Source: Ignavibacteria bacterium (lineage in GTDB: Bacteria > Bacteroidota > Ignavibacteria > Kapaibacteriales > UBA4661). Taken from it: 64,000 nucleotides of DNA. The stretch is from the NCBI GenBank assembly GCA_013298775.1, contig JAAFIV010000019.1, forward strand, positions 25,290 to 89,289, read 5' to 3'. Position 1 is the first letter of the stretch, and each line of letters begins with the position of its first letter. Below are positions 54,401 through 62,654 of this stretch, piece after piece. The position numbers and the translations under genes were made by a program. Below the pieces are notes generated by a model. The model did no database searches, had not been told where the DNA came from, and saw only the letters and a program-made list of their open reading frames with translations.

Positions 54401-55503
54401 TTGCTGCCCGCAAACGCCTTGTCAATATGCGGCTTCAAGGCTTGTTCAAATTCTGCATTGTAAATTTCCGCCATACCGCGCAAAAGAATGTTCTCCGTGT
54501 CCACGCCTCGCGCCCGCATTTCCGCGCCATCCAGCACCAAAAAGCGTACTTGGCGATTCAAAATGCCTACGTCGCCATTGGGGAAATTTTGCGCCAGTGT
54601 GCGGTAGAGAGCCTCGCTTTCGCGCAGGGCAGAGTTCGCATCTTCCAGCATTGCAGTCCGCTCGCCGACGCGAAATTCCAACGTTTTATTCAGCAGTTGC
54701 GTACTTTCCATTGAATGCCGAATGTTCTCAACCATAGTATTGAAGCTGCTTCCAAGCGAACCTACTTCGTCTTTGCTCGTGATATTCACGCTTTGGCTCA
54801 CGTCGCCCTCCGCCACTTTGAGAGCAGCCGCTTCCAAGGTGCGAATGGGGCGGCTCACGCGGCGGGCAATCACGATTGCAATGAGTACAACCAGCACCGT
54901 TGCTACGCCGAGCGCAATAGCAATCAACTCAACGGCGGATTCGTAAATAAGGTCGCTCTCGCGGCTCGCTCGCGCACTACCGCGTGTGTTGTAGGTGGCG
55001 AGGTCTTGCAAACGCTCGTCGAGCTTGGTGTAGAGCAAGCGCGATTCGCCTTGCAGCACCACATTTGCTTCTTCTTTGCGGTTCTCGCGCGAGAGTGCGG
55101 TGAGGCGCGTGGTGGCTTCCAAGTACATTCGGAAAAATTTCATAATCTCCTCGAAGCGAGCAATTTCAAGGCTTTCAGGCTTGATGTATTTGCGGTACGC
55201 TTCGGCTTCTTTCTCAAAGTTTTGCGCATCCTCGGCAAGAAGGCGGTCTATTTCGTCGTACTTGGTGGAATCTTGCGTGATGAGGTGCCTGTTTACGCGG
55301 TATCGGTGGTTCGAGAGCGCGGTGGTCATATTGGCGGTGCGCGTGATGCTGGGCAGCCATTTTTCCTTGATGTCGGACGATTTTTTATTCACCTCCGCCA
55401 TGTTGTACAAGCCAAAGATATTGGTTGCCACAAGCGCGAGCAGCATAATTCCAAAGCCGATGAGGAGCTTTGTAGTAATACGGACGTTATCGAACCATTT
55501 CAT
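51484..55503 (-). CDS. Multi-sensor hybrid histidine kinase (4HB_MCP-like sensor, HAMP, about 4 PAS, HisKA, HATPase, receiver)
   Basis: Two TMs, SKDEVGSL..SFNTM, SEFLANMSHEIRTPMN, NLVGNAVKFT, GGTGLGL, LILMDLLMP. Confidence 0.93.
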   Translation of the reverse strand: MKWFDNVRITTKLLIGFGIMLLALVATNIFGLYNMAEVNKKSSDIKEKWLPSITRTANMTTALSNHRYRVNRHLITQDSTKYDEIDRLLAEDAQNFEKEAEAYRKYIKPESLEIARFEEIMKFFRMYLEATTRLTALSRENRKEEANVVLQGESRLLYTKLDERLQDLATYNTRGSARASRESDLIYESAVELIAIALGVATVLVVLIAIVIARRVSRPIRTLEAAALKVAEGDVSQSVNITSKDEVGSLGSSFNTMVENIRHSMESTQLLNKTLEFRVGERTAMLEDANSALRESEALYRTLAQNFPNGDVGILNRQVRFLVLDGAEMRARGVDTENILLRGMAEIYNAEFEQALKPHIDKAFAGSNVTAELDFRGQMYEVYLVPISDENGAVTRLIMMSQNITRRKKAEAETQRNEELYRTIISNYPQGAVFLFNEDFEFLIAGGQGLAAMGLQREDVKNLTLYDAFPQDVAAEYETLFRTALLGKAASAEIQQAGSEFIATAAPVRNAAGNIFAGLLLTQNITERKKAEEREREADRRFRDMADNVPGVIYQLAVQADGTQQFQYISPRVRDIFGVSAEEWQSNPQLLRIHPDDETRWAQSIDEAKRTLKPLHFEGRYILPSGETRWWEGVAKPTIAKSLGSKSATAITPNTSKQEPSKGTIIFNGLILDIGERKQAERKQREADELVRGVMDNSLDGVMLVKAIRDRYGVISDFEILFVNPAGAAMMRRPADELAQKSLLREFPAHKHNGLFHSYVRVSESGRPEEAEIYYDGDGMNFWMSRKVARFQDGCVVTFADSSARKLAEETLQNLNETLEAKVAERTEELESVNESLRSAKETADTANRAKSEFLANMSHEIRTPMNSILGFTELLQEQVQGDRQKSYLHAVSSSGKTLMRLINDILDLSKIEAGRMDITYEPIDVAQVVREVGAMFSAKVQEKGLQLRIESDVSAPIGMMLDEIRLRQILFNLVGNAVKFTDKGAVTLRMRTERGIEPNRIKLQLEVEDSGIGIPDVQQQIVFEAFRQQEGQSARKYGGTGLGLTITKRLVEMMQGRISLTSEQGRGSRFTVSFDSVETIELGKLYHAPETDNAADVRFHNPTILVVDDVQLNRELVAGLLANANVNIVEAVNGKVAVEAALEHAPNLILMDLLMPEMDGYEATRLLKSNDRTRAIPTLALTASAMKEDLPTIEMLCDGYLRKPITKQELVSELMKFLPHTVEKSSDASNDAASGALASPTLSLENLGAAEKARLPELIKIVRQECVEQASTLRRTFNNKQAKQFAARVQQLGTEYGIGLLSEYGSALERYVQSFDMEKIPAHLDKFADIAQQLSDVS

Positions 55504-55528
55504 AGCGGAGGGGAGTTTGTTGGCTGTT

Positions 55529-55622
55529 GTGAGGGTTCACTATGTGAGTGTGAGGGTTCACTATGTGAGAGGCTGGCTTTTTAACAGGGAGTGAGAGCCT
55601 CACTGGGGAGTGAGACCCTCAC
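55529..55622. repeat. Family B element (B5), left unit degenerated into a 21-bp tandem duplication
   Basis: GTGAGGGTTCACTATGTGAG x2, then GTGAGAGCCTCAC-tgggga-GTGAGACCCTCAC. Confidence 0.78.
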
Positions 55623-55636
55623 AGAGCTTCAATCAA

Positions 55637-57892
55637 CTACAAATTTTTCTTCCAAAAATCAAGCATCAGATTATACAAGTGAATACGCGCTGGAGCGTCG
55701 GAAATACCGTGCTTGCGCATGGGGTACATCATCAAATCGAACTGCTTATTTGCTTTCACAAGCTCGTTAATAAACATCCAGACGTTTTGCGGATGGACGT
55801 TGTCATCGTAGGTGCCGTGAACAAGCAGCAATCGCCCTGAGAGGTCTTTTGCGCGGACGTTGGCGTTGGTTTTATCGTAGCCAGCGATGTTTTCTTGCGG
55901 CGTTTTCATGAAGGATTCGGTGTACTTCGTGTCGTAGTACCGCCAGTCGGAGGGCGCGGCGACTGCTATTCCCGCCTTAAATTCCTTCGAGCGCGTCATT
56001 CCTTGCAAGGTGAATGCCCCGCCGAACGACCAGCCCCACATCCCAACACGGCTTGAATCCACATACGATTGCCCTTTCAGCCAACGCACTCCTGCGAGCA
56101 AATCATTTACTTCGCTGTCGCCCGCGAGGTCTTTCACGCAGGTATTTTCGTAGGTTTTGGAAATGCCTGCACACGAGCGGTTATCGAGCTTCACGATGAT
56201 ATACCCTTCGTCGGAAAGCATTTGATAAAAGTATTTATCGCGGTCTTGCTGCCAGGCGTTTTGCACAACGGGCGCAGACGGACCTCCATAAACGTAGATG
56301 ATAACGGGATAGCGTTTTGTGGAATCAAAATTGCGCGGCGTGAGAATCTGCGCGGGCATAGCAAATCCGCCGCTTACCGGAATGGTGAAAATACGTGGCG
56401 TTTGCAGAGGAAGTTTCGCGCTGAGGTCAGAGCGGCTGGCAGCCAGCACTGCTACTTGCTTGCCGTCGTTTTTGTGCAAACGCAGCGTGGGCGGTGTGGT
56501 CAATGTTGAAAAATTATCGGTGTAGAATGCGCCGTCATTGCTCATGCTAACAGTATGCGTGCCACTTTCCTCGCTTAAACGCTGCATTTTCGAGCCATCC
56601 AACTGAATTTTGTACAAATGGCGTTCTACCGAAGACTTCTCCAGAGCGCGGAAATACAGCGTTCCACGCTTTTCGTCCACCGCAGCAATGACGCTGGCGC
56701 GTGCGCCACCTGCTGCCCAATCGCCCTTTGTTACTTGGTTTGCGAGCTTTCCATCCAGCGTATAGCGATAGATGTGGTTGTAGCCCGTGCGCTCGGAAGC
56801 CCAGAGAAAATGCTTATTGTCGGCGAGGAAGTGCAAATCATCATGCACATTTACCCAGCCGTCGTTGGTTTCTTTCAGGATTTGCGTGGTTTTTCCTGTC
56901 GCAGCATCGGCGAAATGTAGCGTGAGTTCTGTTTGTGCGCGGTTCATTGTTTGTACAGATAAACGCTTGTTGTCGGGCAGCCATTTTAAGCGCACGATAT
57001 ATTCTAGTTTCGGCTCAACACCAGCATATCCGCCACTTGTGGGGAAATCTACCCAGCGCACCGCACTTGGATTCTCCACATTCAACACGCCCACGCGCAC
57101 TTTCGGATTTGCCGTTCCCGCTTTTGGGTAGCGTTGTTCAATATTTTCTGGTACAACGGGCTTAAAATCAGGGAAAATCACCGTACTGACGGGTGACTCA
57201 TCGCTTTGAAAAAAGGCAATCATTTTGGAATCTTCCGACCACGTATAGCCTTCATCGGCGCGGTCATAGACTTCTTCCCAATACACCCACGAATGCGTAC
57301 CGTTGTAAAATAATTTGCTGCCGTCGGTGGTGAGGCGTGTTTCCTTGCTGCTTGCGAGGTCGTACACGTACAGGTCGTTTGCGCGTACAAAGGCGATTTT
57401 TTTGCCGTCGGGCGAGAAGCGCGTACAATCTTCTTTTGTACCGCGAATCGAACGCCATTCGTTTGTTGCAATGGTCAAAATATGCACATCTTCACCCCAT
57501 TGCACAAAGCCCGCACTACCACTAGCGTTAAAGCTCGGAAATGGCACAACTTCTGTACCAACGAGCGTTTTCCAGTTTGCTTTTATTTTCGCCATATCGC
57601 CATGCTGCGTGCGCTTGCTGCTTGCGGGGTCGAGCTTCTCAAAAGCACGTGATGATGCGGGCTGGCGGGAATCCAGCATAACAGCAGAGCCATCCGAACA
57701 CCATTGCAGGGCGGGAAGAACACTTATATCACGAAACTGTCCGCGATATATGCCCTCTATCGTGATTTTATCCGATGAAATCTGGGTTTGAGCATTACTT
57801 TCTACCGAACTTTGCACCGAAAAAAGTACGGACGAACTAAGAAACACACACACAGCGCAAACGCGCAACATCAGCAATGAAGAACGATTCAT
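55637..57892 (-). CDS. S9B dipeptidyl peptidase IV family protein
   Basis: GWSFGG nucleophile, HGTYDDNVH, RKHGI; DPPIV_N motifs WVYWEE and YPKAG. Confidence 0.93.
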   Translation of the reverse strand: MNRSSLLMLRVCAVCVFLSSSVLFSVQSSVESNAQTQISSDKITIEGIYRGQFRDISVLPALQWCSDGSAVMLDSRQPASSRAFEKLDPASSKRTQHGDMAKIKANWKTLVGTEVVPFPSFNASGSAGFVQWGEDVHILTIATNEWRSIRGTKEDCTRFSPDGKKIAFVRANDLYVYDLASSKETRLTTDGSKLFYNGTHSWVYWEEVYDRADEGYTWSEDSKMIAFFQSDESPVSTVIFPDFKPVVPENIEQRYPKAGTANPKVRVGVLNVENPSAVRWVDFPTSGGYAGVEPKLEYIVRLKWLPDNKRLSVQTMNRAQTELTLHFADAATGKTTQILKETNDGWVNVHDDLHFLADNKHFLWASERTGYNHIYRYTLDGKLANQVTKGDWAAGGARASVIAAVDEKRGTLYFRALEKSSVERHLYKIQLDGSKMQRLSEESGTHTVSMSNDGAFYTDNFSTLTTPPTLRLHKNDGKQVAVLAASRSDLSAKLPLQTPRIFTIPVSGGFAMPAQILTPRNFDSTKRYPVIIYVYGGPSAPVVQNAWQQDRDKYFYQMLSDEGYIIVKLDNRSCAGISKTYENTCVKDLAGDSEVNDLLAGVRWLKGQSYVDSSRVGMWGWSFGGAFTLQGMTRSKEFKAGIAVAAPSDWRYYDTKYTESFMKTPQENIAGYDKTNANVRAKDLSGRLLLVHGTYDDNVHPQNVWMFINELVKANKQFDLMMYPMRKHGISDAPARIHLYNLMLDFWKKNL

Positions 57893-58228
57893 AGCAATTG
57901 AGAAAATAAATGAAATGGAAGGTTGAATTCAAGTGAGGTGAATTGACGCAGCGTTTAATTTACCGTTTTTTTTCACAAGCGCATAGGTCTAGTTATGAAA
58001 AAATGCGTGAACAGCTCATTCAGGCGTACTGTATCTACATTGCGCATATCTTGAGGAAACGTATTGTTGCCCTTGGGTACCGTTGGAGCTGGTTGCATGC
58101 GCCTTGCCGTCCAATCGCGAAAATTGTTGCGTGTATTCAATCCGCTTCCAGATTTCTTGCGTATTATCACGCAGAACCACGGTCATTCATGTATCGTTAT
58201 TCATTTACTCACTTTTACTTTTGGTATT

Positions 58229-59017
58229 ATGATGTCGCATTCTTTTTCTTGTGTTTGTGCAATCGCGCTGCTTTCGGTAGCGAGCGTACTCGCACGACCA
58301 CTCGCAAGCATAGACAACACGGGCTATTCAGCCCTTTTGAACGAACACGTCAAGGACGGACGGGTCAATTACAAAGCCATCAAGCAAGATAAACGCCTCA
58401 CGGATTATCTTGAGCAACTCAGCAAAACCGACCCCAAAACGCTCTCTGGCAAGGAAGAGCTTGCCTTTTGGCTGAATGTCTATAATGCCTTCACGCTGAA
58501 AGTCATGTGCGACCATTATCCGCTCAAGAGCATCACGGACTTGAACTCACCAGGCGGCGCGGGAGGTTTGATTTTTGCCACAATTGCAAAAAGTACAATT
58601 TGGGATAAACAGCTTGTGGAAATTAACGGCAAAAAATATTCGCTCAATGGCGTTGAAAATGACATCATTCGTCCCAAAGGCGACCCGCGTGTGCATTTTG
58701 CGATGGTCTGTGCGGCGAAAAGCTGTCCACCGCTTCGTAACGAAGCCTTTCAAGCGGATAAATTGAACGAACAGCTCGAAGACCAAGGGCGTGATTTCAT
58801 TGCGCAAAGCAAGAAAAATAACTTTGATTTCAATAAGAAATCCTGTAATATCTCAAACATCTTCAATTGGTTCAAAGGCGATTTTGAAAAAACAGGCAAA
58901 ACACCCTTGCAGTATATCGCCCGCTTTTTGCCCAAAGAGCAAGGAGATATGCTGCTTGCAAATGCCAACAGCTTTTCGGTAAACTACACCGAATACGATT
59001 GGAGCATCAACGAATAG
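58229..59017 (+). CDS. DUF547 domain secreted protein
   Basis: LAFWLNVYNAFT, SLNGVEN, DPRVHFAMVCAAKSCPPL, IFNWFKGDF, YDWSINE. Confidence 0.9.
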   Translation: MMSHSFSCVCAIALLSVASVLARPLASIDNTGYSALLNEHVKDGRVNYKAIKQDKRLTDYLEQLSKTDPKTLSGKEELAFWLNVYNAFTLKVMCDHYPLKSITDLNSPGGAGGLIFATIAKSTIWDKQLVEINGKKYSLNGVENDIIRPKGDPRVHFAMVCAAKSCPPLRNEAFQADKLNEQLEDQGRDFIAQSKKNNFDFNKKSCNISNIFNWFKGDFEKTGKTPLQYIARFLPKEQGDMLLANANSFSVNYTEYDWSINE

Positions 59018-59027
59018 AACAACTTTG

Positions 59028-59170
59028 GTGCAGGATAAAATCTCTGAATGATAGGTAGAATCAGGCTTCAGTGGCACGGACATTCTTGTCTGTGTTTCTT
59101 GACTGAACCCTGCGTCAAACCTCACAGACAAGAATGTCTGTGCCACTATGGAAAGAATTTTGTCGTGTAC
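59028..59170. mobile_element. 143-bp element: family A doublet (59071-59146) inside an outer inverted repeat
   Basis: Outer GTGCAGGATAAAAT / ATTTTGTCGTGTAC; reverse orientation relative to 32165-32304. Confidence 0.75.
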
Positions 59171-59210
59171 TTCAAGTAGAATAAGTAGAATGACTTTCAG
59201 GGAATTTTTT

Positions 59211-59945
59211 ATGGCGACAGAAATTATTGTTTCGATTATTATTCCAACCTTGAACGAAGCCGCACGCGTCCAGACGCTTGCGGCTTCGCTGTCTTTGCTC
59301 CCACACGCAGAATGTATTTTCGTTGATGGCGGCAGCACCGATGGCACGCAAGCCGCTCTGCAAGACACTTCCAAGCATTTTTCCAACTGCCGATGGCTAC
59401 AATCCGAGCGTGGGCGTGGTAAGCAAATGAACGCCGGAGCCGCATCCGCACAAGGTTCGTGGCTACTTTTTCTCCATGCCGATACAGATGTACCACGAGC
59501 ATCCTACGAAACCTTCCTGCGTGAGGCTCTCATCATCCCATCATCCCACGAAGCGCGTACCAAGATTCATCTGACCTCTGGCGCATTCACCTTTCGCATA
59601 GCGCATGAACGCTCGCGGTATCGGTACTTGGAGTGGTATGTGCAGCAACGATGCCGCTTTCTGAAGCTCCCATTTGGCGACCAAGCAATTTTTGTCCGCA
59701 CAGAACTCTTCCAGCAACACGGCGGCTTCCGCGAAGATTTTCCACTCATGGAAGATATGGAATTTATTCAGCGAGTGAATAGCGATGCGGGTTTCAGGGT
59801 GATTGACGCGCCAGTCTTCACCTCAGCGCGACGCTACGAGCAGGAAGGCTACTGGAAACGCGCAACGGGCAACATTGTACTGCAACTCTTGTACCGCGCA
59901 GGAGTCCATCCGAAGCGGCTTGCAGCGTGGTATTACAAAAATTGA
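59211..59945 (+). CDS. GT2 glycosyltransferase, TIGR04283-like
   Basis: SIIIPTLNEA, VDGGSTD, RGRGKQMNAGA, FLHADT, PFGDQAIF, PLMEDMEF, TSARRY. Confidence 0.88.
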   Translation: MATEIIVSIIIPTLNEAARVQTLAASLSLLPHAECIFVDGGSTDGTQAALQDTSKHFSNCRWLQSERGRGKQMNAGAASAQGSWLLFLHADTDVPRASYETFLREALIIPSSHEARTKIHLTSGAFTFRIAHERSRYRYLEWYVQQRCRFLKLPFGDQAIFVRTELFQQHGGFREDFPLMEDMEFIQRVNSDAGFRVIDAPVFTSARRYEQEGYWKRATGNIVLQLLYRAGVHPKRLAAWYYKN

Positions 59946-60129
59946 AACTGATGAGAAACGAATCCTCGTGCTAAAAACACAGAATTTCTGCCACCCAAGA
60001 TTGCATACTGCCAAGATTCTGTGTAAATTTAAGGGTGCTGTTTCCGAAGCAAATTTTCGGTATCACGCGCATTGATGCGGCATGTCACTCCGCATTGTTC
60101 CTTCTACACATCTCGACTTTGAGAATATT

Positions 60130-61416
60130 ATGCTTGATGTTTGTATTATTGGTGCTGGTTTAGCGGGTTTGGCGTGTGCTTCCGAGCTTGCACAGCGCGG
60201 GATTGAGTACGTCGTGCTGGAAAGTTCAGGGCGCGTCGGCGGACGCGTTGCCACCGACCATTTGGACGGGTTTTTGCTTGATAGAGGCTTTCAAATTCTT
60301 CTTTCCGAATACCCAGAAGCCAAGCGGGTTCTGGACTATGGAGCATTAAACCTTCGCCCCTTCGATGCGGGTGCAAACATTTGGCTTGGCGACCGCTTCA
60401 CAACGATTGCTAATCCCCTCAAGCATCCTCAACACGCGCTTCAAACCTTATTTTCACCGATTGGCTCTGTTGCCGATAAATTTCGCATTCTTACCTTGCA
60501 GCAAAGATTGACGAACATGAGCTTTGATGCGGCATTGCAAGGACGCGAGCGCACAACAGCAGAATACTTGCGCGAGTATGGCTTTAGTGAACGCATGATA
60601 GAACGCTTCTTCCAGCCTTTTTTCGGTGGTGTTTTTTTTGATGCAAAACTGCACACCTCCAGCCGAATGTTTGAATTTCTCTTCCGAATGTTCGCGCTTG
60701 GTTCTGCCACACTTCCAGCAGCAGGAATGGAGCAGATTCCTCTACAAATGGCTTCCAAACTGGATTCCGCAAAGATTCGCCTCAATTCTCCTGTGAATTA
60801 TTTGGAAGAATCAAGTAATGATGCGGCGAATGGAATGAACAAAGGAATGAACAAAGGAATGAACGTCGTTTTGAATTCTGGCGAAATCGTACAAGCCCGC
60901 CACGTGGTGATTGCGAGCGATTGGAATACAGCCGCAAAACTCAGTAAAAATGAGGTCTCCGTGCCAAAGAGCTGTGGCACAACGAATGTCTATTTTGCGG
61001 CAAAAGAACCGCCGGTGCAATCTCGCATGTTGGTTCTGAATGGCACAGGGCGCGGCTTGGTGAACAACATGTGCGTCCCGAACTTGGTCGCGCCATTGTA
61101 CGCGCCAGAGGGCGAGTTTCTGATTTCCACAAGTATTATTGGCATTCCCAAGACCGATGATGAAACATTGCTTCATGCCGTGCGTCAAGAATGCCAGAAT
61201 GTTTTTGGGAAACAGGTGCAGGACTGGCGGCATTTACGCACCTACCGCCTCGAACACGCGCTACCAAGCCAAGAATCACCCGCACTCACGCCCACAGAGC
61301 GTCCCGTGCAGCTCTCTCCGCGTCTTTTTGTTGTTGGAGACCACCGCGATACGGCTTCTATTCAGGGTGCAATGGTCTCTGGTAAGCGAGCAGCAGAGCA
61401 GATTGCAGCGTTGTAG
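60130..61416 (+). CDS. FAD-dependent oxidoreductase (amine oxidase/protoporphyrinogen oxidase-like)
   Basis: IIGAGLAGL, GGRVATD..DGFLLDRGFQ, VGDHRDTASIQGAMVSG. Confidence 0.88.
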   Translation: MLDVCIIGAGLAGLACASELAQRGIEYVVLESSGRVGGRVATDHLDGFLLDRGFQILLSEYPEAKRVLDYGALNLRPFDAGANIWLGDRFTTIANPLKHPQHALQTLFSPIGSVADKFRILTLQQRLTNMSFDAALQGRERTTAEYLREYGFSERMIERFFQPFFGGVFFDAKLHTSSRMFEFLFRMFALGSATLPAAGMEQIPLQMASKLDSAKIRLNSPVNYLEESSNDAANGMNKGMNKGMNVVLNSGEIVQARHVVIASDWNTAAKLSKNEVSVPKSCGTTNVYFAAKEPPVQSRMLVLNGTGRGLVNNMCVPNLVAPLYAPEGEFLISTSIIGIPKTDDETLLHAVRQECQNVFGKQVQDWRHLRTYRLEHALPSQESPALTPTERPVQLSPRLFVVGDHRDTASIQGAMVSGKRAAEQIAAL

Positions 61417-61457
61417 TATGCTTCGCTACTGACCAAATTCAGTACACCAAACCCAAA

Positions 61458-61533
61458 GTGGCACAGACATTCTTGTCTGTGAGTATTGGTGCTCGTTCTA
61501 GGCGACAAACACAGACTGGAATGTCTGTGCCAC
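61458..61533. repeat. Family A REP doublet (A8)
   Basis: 24-28-24 architecture. Confidence 0.9.
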
Positions 61534-61589
61534 TATATGCTTATTCGTATATTTTTCAAGCACTCTATAAAATTCAACAAAGGGAAAGT

Positions 61590-62504
61590 ATGAAATTACC
61601 CGAAAGCGGACTTATTTGGATGAACGGCGAGTACGTTCAGTGGAAAGATGCCACCGTCCACGTTTTAGCGCACGTGATTCACTACGGCACAAGTTGGTTC
61701 GAGGGCATTCGCTCCTACGAAACTAAGCGTGGTGCGGCAATATTCCGTCTGCGCGACCATATCAAGCGTTTGGAGCGTTCTTTGCGCATTTACCATACCG
61801 AAATGCCGTATAGCATTGAAGAGCTGGAAGCGGCATGCGTCGGCGTGTTGAAGAAAAACAATCTTTTAGCGGCGTATTTGCGTCCAATTATTTTTCGCGG
61901 CTATGGTGAAATGGGTATTTCGCCGATAAACTGTCCCACCGAATGCGCGATTGCCGCATGGGAACTCGGCGCGTACTTGGGCGCAGCAGCCGAGCGCGGC
62001 GCGAATATGTGCATTTCTACGTGGAATCGTTTGCCGCCAAACACTATGCCCGCACTCGCTAAAGCTGGCGGCAACTACATGAATGCCCAGCTTATGAAAA
62101 TGGAAGCAATCCGCAACGGCTACGATGAAGCATTGACGCTGGATATAGACGGAAACGTCTCGGAAGCAAGCGGCGCGAATGTGTTCATGGTACAAGACGG
62201 TATCCTGTACACGCCGCCAATAAACGACTCCCTTTTGATGGGAATCACACGCGACACGGTGCTTGCATTGGCGAAAGACGCAGGAATTCCCGTAAAAGAA
62301 ACGTTGCTCCCACGCGGCATGGTCTATACTGCCGATGAAATCTTCCTTGCTGGCACGGCAGTAGAAATCAACTGGGTACGCTCGGTGGATAAATTGGAGG
62401 TTGGTAAAGGGAAAATTGGCGAAATGACCAAAATGCTCAAAGACCGCATGGATGCAGTCGTGAAAGATGGTACTGATACGCACGATTGGTTGCATTTTTT
62501 CTAA
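61590..62504 (+). CDS. ilvE: Branched-chain amino acid aminotransferase
   Basis: HYGTSWFEGIR, AKAGGNY (PLP Lys), EASGANVF, LMGITR, ADEIFLAGTA. Confidence 0.95.
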   Translation: MKLPESGLIWMNGEYVQWKDATVHVLAHVIHYGTSWFEGIRSYETKRGAAIFRLRDHIKRLERSLRIYHTEMPYSIEELEAACVGVLKKNNLLAAYLRPIIFRGYGEMGISPINCPTECAIAAWELGAYLGAAAERGANMCISTWNRLPPNTMPALAKAGGNYMNAQLMKMEAIRNGYDEALTLDIDGNVSEASGANVFMVQDGILYTPPINDSLLMGITRDTVLALAKDAGIPVKETLLPRGMVYTADEIFLAGTAVEINWVRSVDKLEVGKGKIGEMTKMLKDRMDAVVKDGTDTHDWLHFF

Positions 62505-62519
62505 ATATTTTGTCTTTCC

Positions 62520-62609
62520 GTGAGGGTCTCACTTCCGAGTGAGGCTCTCACTTTCATACGAAACTACCACACGACAAGCGAGACCCTCACGAGGAAGTGA
62601 GAGCCTCGC
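62520..62609. repeat. Family B REP-like doublet (B6)
   Basis: GTGAGGGTCTCAC-ttccga-GTGAGGCTCTCAC ... GCGAGACCCTCAC-gaggaa-GTGAGAGCCTCGC. Confidence 0.9.
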
Positions 62610-62654
62610 ACATAGCATCAATCCTTCTCCCCTCACACACTCTCTGCTTCCACC

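Noticed and set aside
59013-59184. TAGAACAA/TAGAATAA as TSD of the family A shell
   Set aside because: Not reproduced at the other shell copies and overlaps a local AAGTAGAAT duplication.
11442-61533. Family A 24-bp repeats with 28-bp spacers as mini CRISPR arrays
   Set aside because: Units are inverted rather than direct, occur only in pairs, spacers are homologous to each other, and there are no cas genes.
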